The position numbers were made by a program, and so were the translations under genes. Below, in pieces: positions 56,672-64,000 of a DNA stretch of 64,000 bases (its first letter is position 1; every line of letters starts with the position of its first letter). The notes beneath the pieces were generated by a model that worked only from the letters and a program-made list of their open reading frames with translations, was not told the DNA's origin and did no database searches. The stretch is from a virus, in IMG/VR virus record IMGVR_UViG_3300032304_000721, positions 10,097-74,096 of that record. One strand, written 5' to 3'.

Positions 56672-57152
56672 ACAACGCTGTTAGATATTCTTCTGGCCAT
56701 GAGTCATAAAAGCCCTTCAGGGCAACAAGTTGGGCTTTTTCATTTAGGTCACTTAGACTTTGCACCAACGCTAATGCATAGGTGCCCTGATTCATTGACA
56801 CACCGTTGACAATTTCTGGATCCCCAGGATGATCCTCCAAAGCTAATAAATTGTTTGGTAATAAAAATTCTTTGTTGGCGATATCCAGTGCAACACTAAA
56901 ATCTTCATAATCATGCAACTCTGGATCGTACACAATGATCACCACACTCTTGCCACCCAGTCCGTGTTTGCTAACTTTAATCAAATCATGCATGGGCGCC
57001 AACCCTAGCCTCACTTCAAAGTCTTTGTCCAGCCTGGCTTTTCTAGCATACGGACACGGAGCCCATCCACCTAGCGCAGGATGAGGAACTTCTACAAAGT
57101 TCCGTATCCATGATTCTATATTGGCGTGTACGGTATCTAAGTTTAACATCAA
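56640..57152 (-). CDS. Hypothetical protein (DUF1415/DUF6875-like)
   Basis: W...PCPYARKA and DHP motifs. Confidence 0.5.
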   Translation of the reverse strand: MMLNLDTVHANIESWIRNFVEVPHPALGGWAPCPYARKARLDKDFEVRLGLAPMHDLIKVSKHGLGGKSVVIIVYDPELHDYEDFSVALDIANKEFLLPNNLLALEDHPGDPEIVNGVSMNQGTYALALVQSLSDLNEKAQLVALKGFYDSWPEEYLTALFKHRKDPRQI

Positions 57153-57361
57153 AAGAATGGAAGACCCGATTTTTTAGTGGTCTCTAAATTTTCTTTGATT
57201 AGTTCGCTGATTAGAGTACGCTCGCTGACGCTGAGCTGTAAGGCCTGATCATATGTGATGCCGCCTCGCATGTACCACGATAATTGTAACGCCTCTCGTC
57301 TAATATCAACAGTTTCTTTATCCATCTGATCGACCATCTTACTGATCTGGTCAGACGACAA
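57149..57361 (-). CDS. gp51: Baseplate hub assembly protein gp51-like (possibly made as a frameshift extension of gp26)
   Basis: WYMRGGITYDQALQLSVSER; immediately follows gp26-like gene; weak TTG start. Confidence 0.6.
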   Translation of the reverse strand: MSSDQISKMVDQMDKETVDIRREALQLSWYMRGGITYDQALQLSVSERTLISELIKENLETTKKSGLPFF

Positions 57362-57363
57362 GA

Positions 57364-58203
57364 CTAAGAGGCGTATCCGAAAAAACTTGCCATGTCCAAT
57401 GTTATGCTTTGCTCATAATTGTGCTGGCACTCATCGCATGCAATTTTTAATGGTTGCATTTCGGAACTGGCTTTGAGATCAAGAATACAATCTTTAATTT
57501 GATTGAACAATTTACTGTCACAATTTTTTAACATTTCTTCAATGTATTCGGGCTCATACACTGTGGCCTGTGGAGTTTTTACAGCAGCAATACTTTGCGC
57601 CAATGCAGTGACAGTGATATCGGTTATCTTTTTTAAAGCGTCGTTTAGCGCAGTCATTTTTTCAACGTCGGGAATTTCGGCGTCGGGCAACATCTGCAAC
57701 AATTTCTGATTTTCGTACTGCATTTGATTGTTGTTGTTGAGATGTTTGTAAGTGAGCGGCTTAAAATATATTTCCATGTCGCCGGCATGTATGGTTTTGG
57801 TGTAGTCAGCTACTCTAATAGAATCGAGTACAGTTCTAAGATCAATGGTGCGTTCACTGTCTTTTTTACAGGCCGGACAAGTGGTACCAAACTCCATGTC
57901 GTGCCCGTGTGTAGCAATGCGAATAGCTATTAACAAAGTGTCAAGATCAGTTGTGGGAATTGCCCATGCGTCTTTGATGTCTGGAACACAACTTTGAATT
58001 ACATTTATAGTGGCTTGTCCGTTGTATAGTGCATCCGGTGTGCGATAGGTAATTTCGTCAATGGCAGTCATGGGATACACTGGCAATTCGCCTGTAGGCG
58101 GCACAGTTAACGTGCCAGCAGGATAGTTTTGACCTTGACTGGGCAATTTGATGTAAATTGCTGGCTGTCTAAAGTATTGTTTGAGTGGATTGTTTGGATT
58201 CAT
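57364..58203 (-). CDS. gp26: Baseplate hub subunit, T4 gp26-like
   Basis: IKLPSQG, PMTAIDE, DLDTLLIAIR, CPAC and CDEC zinc motifs, C-terminal SFF. Confidence 0.8.
   Translation of the reverse strand: MNPNNPLKQYFRQPAIYIKLPSQGQNYPAGTLTVPPTGELPVYPMTAIDEITYRTPDALYNGQATINVIQSCVPDIKDAWAIPTTDLDTLLIAIRIATHGHDMEFGTTCPACKKDSERTIDLRTVLDSIRVADYTKTIHAGDMEIYFKPLTYKHLNNNNQMQYENQKLLQMLPDAEIPDVEKMTALNDALKKITDITVTALAQSIAAVKTPQATVYEPEYIEEMLKNCDSKLFNQIKDCILDLKASSEMQPLKIACDECQHNYEQSITLDMASFFGYAS
57379..57385 (-). promoter_or_regulatory. Candidate -1 ribosomal frameshift heptamer T TTT TTC
   Basis: In-frame X XXY YYZ near the gp26 stop; the -1 frame runs without stop into the gp51-like ORF. Confidence 0.55.
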
Positions 58204-58217
58204 GTTTTTTACTCCGG

Positions 58218-58223
58218 TAAATA
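58218..58223 (+). promoter_or_regulatory. Late promoter core TAAATA
   Basis: GGTAAATA, 5 nt before ATG 58229. Confidence 0.6.
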
Positions 58224-58228
58224 TAATT

Positions 58229-60373
58229 ATGGCTGATCAATACACCCCGGAAGAAATTCGCGAAATATTTGAAGAGTACAACAATGCTACCAAAGACGGA
58301 AGCCAAGCAACGGCTGAATTAACTAAACGTTTTAAAGATGCCCAAACTGGTATTAAAAACTACACAGACCAACTAAACGCAAGTCTTAAATCACTGGGCT
58401 CAAGTGTGTTGGGTGTTGCCAAAGCCATGAAAGACGGCAAGCAAGGTGCCGAGGTCTACAATCAAAGCATCAACTCATTTGCTGATGCAATAGACTCATT
58501 CCTTAGCAGATTTGGATTTGTTGGCAAAATGCTTGGAACCGTGCTAACAGCCGGTGCTAGATATGCCGCCGAAGTAAACAAACAATCCGATGCACTGTTT
58601 GACGCTTATAAAAATCTCAGCCAATCCGGCTTAAGCGATGCCGGCGGCATGCGCAACATATTCGACAACATGCAGAAGTTTGGTTATGGTATTGAGCAAC
58701 TGGGCGATATGACAGCCCTGCTCAAAGCCAACAGCAAAGAGTTGGCGGCATTTGGTGGCACGGCAGCCTCAGGAACCAAGGCCTTTGCTGATGCCGCTGC
58801 AGATATACAACGTAGTGATGTAGGTAAGTCCTTGCAGATGCTGGGCAAAACACCAGATGAGATCAACAAAGGCATAGCACAGTTTGTCAAACAACAACAA
58901 TCAGCTGGTGTATCGTCTGCAAACATACAACAAAATTTAGCACAAAAATCAGCCGACTATGTAAAAAATCTTGATTTATTAAGCAAACTCACCGGTGATG
59001 ATGCTTCAAGATTACAAGAAAAATTAGATGCAGCCATGGCCGAGGATGCGTTCAATCAAACCGTTTATGAATTAAGAAAGAAAGAAGCAGCCGGCGATAA
59101 AGAAGCTGGTCGGCTAGCAAACGAATACGAAAATGCAGCACGTAGATTAACTGGCGAAGCATTAAAAGAATTTCAACAAGGTGTGGGCGGTGATATTAGT
59201 GCAATGGGCAAAACATTACTAGCCGCCGGCGATGCGGTGGGCATGATTGGAAAAAGCTCATTTACAGCCAGCGGTTACATAGACACGTTAACCAAAGGTG
59301 TAGTACAACAACGCGACGCTGCAGGCGAGTTATTCAAGTTAAATGCGGCTAAAGATTTTATGTTTTCTGCCAAGGAGATGAGCGAACTAGAATCCCGCAA
59401 TGCCGAAAAATCAGCCAAGATACAAGAAGACCGAGCCAAAGCTGAGCAAGAACTACAGAAAAACGGGCTAGATCCAGCTACCAAAGCACAGGTCGAAATG
59501 CGTGTAGAGCAGATGAAAACTAGAGATAGTTTACAAAGTCTAATCAACAAAGGAATAAATCCGGTCACTGACGCCATGAAACATCTTGCCAGTGGAATTG
59601 AAACAGTCACAGGTAAAATTCCCGGAACTGGCACCAGTACAGGCACGCAAATGGGCGGGTCGGGCGGCCCCAGTGGTGGATTCTTTTCAAATCTATTTGG
59701 TGGCGGCAAGAAAGTCAGTGGCCAATCTGGGGCATTGCTAGATTTGATTGGCAAAGGCGAAAGCGGTGGAAACTATAATGCGTTAGTTGGTGGCGGCACA
59801 GCAGATCTTACCAACATGACTGTGGCTCAAGTTCAAGAGCTACAAAAGAAAATGTTAAAAGAAGGCCGTGCCAGCTCTGCTGTGGGCAAGTATCAGATGA
59901 TTTCTAGTACCTTGGCAGAGCAGATGAAAAAAGCTGGATTGGATCCTAACACTACCAAGTTTGATCAAGGAACACAAGATTTATTGGCTCAACAACTGGT
60001 CAACCAAGCTGGATACGGCAGAAAAGACCCTGCTACTGTAATGAGGAATTTAGCCGGAACCTGGGCAGCGTTGCCAAAAGACATGTCTGGTCGCGGAGCC
60101 TACGACGGATACAATACCAACAAGGCCAACATAAATCCCAACGAATTAATGGCCGCTATAACTGGTCCGAACGGCGGCTACCGATCCACAACATCTGGGC
60201 TAAATCCGTCTGGATCGTTGCCAACTGCAACTAGTAGTAATGCCCCGGCAACCTCAGGGTCTGATCAAACTCAAAGTTATGATAGAATGGTTGAACTCCT
60301 GGAACAGCAAACTCGTATAGCTAGTGAATCTGCCGATGCCCTTGGTAGAATACGTCAAAACACTGCGGTTTAA
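58229..60373 (+). CDS. Tape-measure-like protein with C-terminal lysozyme-like domain
   Basis: Long Ala/Gln/Lys helical region; C-terminal LIGKGESGGNYN...AVGKYQM...TQD...WAALP; likely start 58229. Confidence 0.7.
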   Translation: MADQYTPEEIREIFEEYNNATKDGSQATAELTKRFKDAQTGIKNYTDQLNASLKSLGSSVLGVAKAMKDGKQGAEVYNQSINSFADAIDSFLSRFGFVGKMLGTVLTAGARYAAEVNKQSDALFDAYKNLSQSGLSDAGGMRNIFDNMQKFGYGIEQLGDMTALLKANSKELAAFGGTAASGTKAFADAAADIQRSDVGKSLQMLGKTPDEINKGIAQFVKQQQSAGVSSANIQQNLAQKSADYVKNLDLLSKLTGDDASRLQEKLDAAMAEDAFNQTVYELRKKEAAGDKEAGRLANEYENAARRLTGEALKEFQQGVGGDISAMGKTLLAAGDAVGMIGKSSFTASGYIDTLTKGVVQQRDAAGELFKLNAAKDFMFSAKEMSELESRNAEKSAKIQEDRAKAEQELQKNGLDPATKAQVEMRVEQMKTRDSLQSLINKGINPVTDAMKHLASGIETVTGKIPGTGTSTGTQMGGSGGPSGGFFSNLFGGGKKVSGQSGALLDLIGKGESGGNYNALVGGGTADLTNMTVAQVQELQKKMLKEGRASSAVGKYQMISSTLAEQMKKAGLDPNTTKFDQGTQDLLAQQLVNQAGYGRKDPATVMRNLAGTWAALPKDMSGRGAYDGYNTNKANINPNELMAAITGPNGGYRSTTSGLNPSGSLPTATSSNAPATSGSDQTQSYDRMVELLEQQTRIASESADALGRIRQNTAV

Positions 60374-60401
60374 TAAATTACTAGTGCATCCACACTAACT
60401 C

Positions 60402-60409
60402 CATAAATA
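60402..60409 (+). promoter_or_regulatory. Late promoter CATAAATA
   Basis: 7 nt before portal ATG. Confidence 0.65.
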
Positions 60410-60416
60410 TACTACC

Positions 60417-62243
60417 ATGGCAGATAACGACAATAACCGTAAACGCGGTTGGAAAAAGTACTTCCGAGTGGCCAGCACCGGTGGCCAACTCAGCCCAATA
60501 TCGGGACAAAATCAATTTGGACTTGACGGTTACCCCAGACAAACAGGCGACGGATACAATGCCGGTGGTACACCTAATGACTTTGCCTTCCGCAACTATG
60601 CCAGCCGACTGCCCGAAGTGTATTCCGGACATCCCAACCGTATTGAACGTTATAATCAATACGAAAACATGGACATGGACAGTGAGGTCAATGCCTGTTT
60701 AGACATCATTGCTGAGTTTAGCACACAGATCAACGAAGACAACAAAACACCGTTTGACATCAATTTTACAGACAAACCCACTGATCACGAAGTGGAAATT
60801 ATCAAAAAGCAACTACAACAGTGGACCAAATTAAACAAGCTGGACCAACGAATTTTTAAACTGTTCCGCAACACCATCAAGTATGGCGATCAAGTGTTTG
60901 TGCGTGACCCAGAAACCTTTGAAATGATGTGGGTGGACATGGTCAAAGTGGCCCGTGTGATTGTGAACGAAAGCGAAGGCAAACGCCCAGAGCAGTACAT
61001 TATTCGCGACATCAACCCCAACTTCCAAAACATGAGCGTGGCTCAAAAAACCACGTCGGACTACTATGTGAGTCGTGCCATCGGCGGCGGAACCAGTACT
61101 AATAATTACACTTCCCCGGGCGGCGGCGGAGCTGGCGGCGGTACTGGCAATGGCGGAGTAGGCAACAGCAGATTTACACAGGCTATGAACGAAACCTGTA
61201 TCGATGCACGTCACGTAGTGCATATTGGTCTTAACGAAGGACTTGACTTTTTCTGGCCATTTGGTCAAAGCATACTAGAAAACATATTCAAAGTATTCAA
61301 ACAAAAAGAATTGTTAGAAGATTCAGTGTTAATTTATCGCGTAGCACGTGCCCCAGAGCGTAGAATGTTTAAAATTGACGTGGGCAACATGCCGAGTCAC
61401 ATGGCCATGCAGTTTGTGGAACGTGTCAAAAACGAAATGCATCAGCGTAGAATTCCTACCAACAACGGTGGTGGTGCCAACATGATGGATGCCAGTTATA
61501 ACCCACTCAGCATCAACGAAGACTTCTTTTTCCCACAAAATGCGGAAGGCAAAGGTACTAGCGTTGAAGTATTGCCCGGCGGTTCAAACCTAGGCGAAAT
61601 TGACGATTTAAAATACTTCAACAACAAAATGGCCCGCGGCCTGCGTGTGCCCAGTAGCTATTTGCCAACTGGACCAGACGATTCAGATCGTGCTATGAAT
61701 GATGGCAAAGTAGGCACAGCCTTGATCCAAGAGTATCGTTTTAACCAGTATTGCATGCGTTTACAACGTTTAATCATGCAGAAGTTAGACGACGAATTTA
61801 AAATGTTCCTGCGTTGGAGAGGCTTCAACATTGACGCAGGCCTGTTCTCAGTTAGCCTTTGTGAGCCACAAAATTTTGCCAGCTATCGTCAAAGCGAGCT
61901 AGATACCAGCCGCATTGCATCCTTTACACAGCTGGAGCAAATGCCCTACATGAGCAAGCGTTTTATGATGAAACGCTACCTGGGCTTGACCGAAGAAGAG
62001 ATTGTAGAAAACGAAACACTCTGGGCCGAAGAGCGCGACGACCCAGAATTGACCACCACACAAGGTCAAGACCTACGCAGCGTTGGTATTACACCTGCCG
62101 GCCTAGAAAGCGATATTGCAACCGGAGAAGAACTAGCCGGCGGAGAAGTAGGTGTTGAAGCGCCCGAAGGCGGCATGCCCGGCGCTCCAACCACTGCACC
62201 CGGTCCTGCACCGGCACCAACTGGCGGAGTTCCAGGAGTATAA
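60417..62243 (+). CDS. gp20: Portal vertex protein, T4 gp20-like
   Basis: LLEDSVLIYRVARAPERRMFKIDVGNMP, EDFFFP, LPGGSNLGEIDDLKYF, LRVPSS. Confidence 0.95.
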   Translation: MADNDNNRKRGWKKYFRVASTGGQLSPISGQNQFGLDGYPRQTGDGYNAGGTPNDFAFRNYASRLPEVYSGHPNRIERYNQYENMDMDSEVNACLDIIAEFSTQINEDNKTPFDINFTDKPTDHEVEIIKKQLQQWTKLNKLDQRIFKLFRNTIKYGDQVFVRDPETFEMMWVDMVKVARVIVNESEGKRPEQYIIRDINPNFQNMSVAQKTTSDYYVSRAIGGGTSTNNYTSPGGGGAGGGTGNGGVGNSRFTQAMNETCIDARHVVHIGLNEGLDFFWPFGQSILENIFKVFKQKELLEDSVLIYRVARAPERRMFKIDVGNMPSHMAMQFVERVKNEMHQRRIPTNNGGGANMMDASYNPLSINEDFFFPQNAEGKGTSVEVLPGGSNLGEIDDLKYFNNKMARGLRVPSSYLPTGPDDSDRAMNDGKVGTALIQEYRFNQYCMRLQRLIMQKLDDEFKMFLRWRGFNIDAGLFSVSLCEPQNFASYRQSELDTSRIASFTQLEQMPYMSKRFMMKRYLGLTEEEIVENETLWAEERDDPELTTTQGQDLRSVGITPAGLESDIATGEELAGGEVGVEAPEGGMPGAPTTAPGPAPAPTGGVPGV

Positions 62244-62246
62244 ATA
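62239..62246 (+). promoter_or_regulatory. Perfect T4 late promoter TATAAATA
   Basis: Overlaps portal stop; 4 nt before ATG 62251. Confidence 0.75.
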
Positions 62247-62250
62247 CAGC

Positions 62251-62472
62251 ATGATCCTAAATGAAATTTATTCTCGCGAACCCGAAGCATATCAAGACCT
62301 CAGCCAGGACAATAGCCAACCTCAACTGCATAATCTACGTAAAACACGCCTGACCTTGCGCCAACTCAATAAATTGCGTCAAATGCAAGATGTTAGAAGT
62401 TGGGAATTTAAAGAAAAACTCAAAAAAGTCAAACGGCAGTACGCACCTGCTCCGGCTGCACCTGTAATGTAA
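62251..62472 (+). CDS. Small head-module protein (73 aa)
   Basis: MILNEIY...RKTRLTLRQLNKLR; ATG after late promoter rather than the listed TTG at 62152. Confidence 0.65.
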   Translation: MILNEIYSREPEAYQDLSQDNSQPQLHNLRKTRLTLRQLNKLRQMQDVRSWEFKEKLKKVKRQYAPAPAAPVM

Positions 62473-62585
62473 TCGTAATAATTATTACATAATTACAGTC
62501 AAAAACACCCAGTTTTCTCCACATAATACACCAGTATTACAGAGCTGTAGTAAATAGTTTACGAGCCATACCTTAAGGAGAAATT

Positions 62586-63446
62586 ATGACATCGAAATTT
62601 GAACAATTGATTGAATACGTGATCAATGATGAAGAAGCCAAAGCCAAAGAGCTTTTCCACGACATCGTGGTAGAAAAATCCCGTGAAATTTATGAAAATT
62701 TAATGGATGAGGAAGTAGAAGAGTTAGACGAAGAGTCTGACGCTGAGCGCGACGATCATGCTGAAAAAGCTGGCAAAAAAGTTGCCAAAGACATTGAATA
62801 CGACGAAATGCACGAAGACATGGGCGGCGACGCCAGTGACGACTTGATCGACGACGTAGAAGCCGAAGAGCAAGGCATGATGGAAGAAGGTGACGAAGAG
62901 TCTGACGTTGAATTTGACGACGCTGCTGAAGAAGACGGCGAAGACTTGACACACGACATGGAAAAAGATCATGACGACGGTGCTGATATTGAAGACCGCG
63001 TGGTTGATTTGGAAGACAAACTCGACGAACTCATGGCTGAATTTGAAAGCCTAATGGGCAACGAAGGTGGTGACTCTGTATCCGACATAGACGGCGGCGA
63101 CGCTTTAGAAATGGACGACACAGACACAGCTGAATTTACTGACGAAGAAATGGGTATGATGGAAGCTATTAACTTGGCCAAAGCTCCTGCTCCTGTAACG
63201 TCTGAGCCAGCTGGTACCAACACCAAAAGCACATACGCTGACAACAGTGGCGCCAAAGGTGCTGTAGCAAGTCCTGTAAAAATGACTGGTGACACAGCCC
63301 AAGGCCGTCCTGCTCCTAAAGCTGGTGAGTTGATCGGTAAAGTGCAAAACAGCGTAGGTGGCAACAAAACCATGTCAGCAGCTCCAAAGCCAGTTACAAC
63401 ACAAGCCAGTGGTGTGAATACAAAAACTCCATTTCCTAAGGCTTAA
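62586..63446 (+). CDS. Acidic prohead core/scaffold-like protein
   Basis: Very Asp/Glu-rich; AAGGAG RBS; upstream TAAATA (62551-56); lies between portal and protease. Confidence 0.65.
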   Translation: MTSKFEQLIEYVINDEEAKAKELFHDIVVEKSREIYENLMDEEVEELDEESDAERDDHAEKAGKKVAKDIEYDEMHEDMGGDASDDLIDDVEAEEQGMMEEGDEESDVEFDDAAEEDGEDLTHDMEKDHDDGADIEDRVVDLEDKLDELMAEFESLMGNEGGDSVSDIDGGDALEMDDTDTAEFTDEEMGMMEAINLAKAPAPVTSEPAGTNTKSTYADNSGAKGAVASPVKMTGDTAQGRPAPKAGELIGKVQNSVGGNKTMSAAPKPVTTQASGVNTKTPFPKA

Positions 63447-63454
63447 TTACAGAT

Positions 63455-64000
63455 ATGGCTCGATATCTACAAGAACATCTAAGCTTTACTCAAGCACAGG
63501 CGGAAGTCTTGCTTGAGGAAGCCATGGATGGCTCTGGTCAGAAAACCATGAAGTTAAAAGGTATCTGCATTGAGGGCGGCGTTAGAAACGCAAACGAGCG
63601 AGTATATCCTGTAAGTGAAATAGCCAATGCAGTAGACACTATCAACGAACAAATTAGAACTGGTCATTCGGTACTGGGCGAAGTCGATCATCCAGATGAC
63701 TTGAAAATTAATTTGGATCGTGTAAGTCACATGATTGAAAAAATGTGGATGGACGGTCCTGCTGGAATGGGTACATTAAAGATACTACCTACACCGATGG
63801 GCGAACTGGTTAAAACCATGTTGCAATCTGGTGTTAAATTAGGTGTTAGCAGTCGCGGATCAGGTAATGTAAACGACGCTAATGGACATGTCAGTGACTT
63901 TGAAATTGTCACTGTAGATGTAGTTGCTCAGCCAAGTGCTCCAAATGCATATCCCACAGCAATTTATGAAGGCCTTTTGAATCACAAAGGCGGTCAAAGA
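63455..64000 (+). CDS. gp21: Prohead core protease, T4 gp21-like (3'-truncated; not in ORF track)
   Basis: Own translation: MARYLQEHL...RNANERVYP...LGEVDHP...LPTPMG...LGVSSRGSG...DVVAQPSAPNAY. Confidence 0.93.
   Translation, partial: MARYLQEHLSFTQAQAEVLLEEAMDGSGQKTMKLKGICIEGGVRNANERVYPVSEIANAVDTINEQIRTGHSVLGEVDHPDDLKINLDRVSHMIEKMWMDGPAGMGTLKILPTPMGELVKTMLQSGVKLGVSSRGSGNVNDANGHVSDFEIVTVDVVAQPSAPNAYPTAIYEGLLNHKGGQR

Noticed and set aside
62623-63373. Several antisense ORFs over the acidic scaffold gene, and the other short antisense or nested ORFs in the track
   Set aside because: Shadow frames from biased codon usage of well-supported genes; no RBS or motifs.
1-64000. Stop-codon reassignment, inteins or diversity-generating retroelement
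   Set aside because: Core genes are full length in the standard code; no intein-sized insertions with splice motifs seen; no RT or TR/VR pair seen.

Overview
Gene-dense 64-kb segment of a large T4-like (contractile-tailed) bacteriophage genome, standard genetic code. I found no tRNA, rRNA, CRISPR array, integrase or reverse transcriptase. Left to right: (1) 1-16.1 kb, a modification/biosynthetic region with five radical-SAM enzymes, a NodU/CmcH carbamoyltransferase, an amidinotransferase, a 2OG-Fe(II) oxygenase, several glycosyltransferase-like proteins and an unlisted 33-aa peptide. (2) 16.2-45.6 kb, a minus-strand tail/baseplate module (tail fibre, a 4940-aa baseplate/adhesin protein, gp6, gp25, gp5-like, hub, gp53, tube-initiator-like). 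(3) 45.7-55.2 kb, late sigma gp55, gp47 and gp46, interrupted by AT-rich inserts that include a TcdA homolog and two more radical-SAM genes, then a short GIY-YIG nuclease. (4) A ~420-bp highly structured non-coding element, a Bpt/ATE-like aminoacyl-tRNA transferase, and gp26/gp51-like genes joined by a candidate -1 frameshift. (5) A tape-measure-like/lysozyme gene, portal gp20, a prohead core protein and prohead protease gp21 (truncated). Best leads: the GIY-YIG + structured element, the gp26/gp51 slippery site, the radical-SAM cluster and the tRNA-related enzymes. All family calls come from motif recognition by eye; no searches or folding programs were run.
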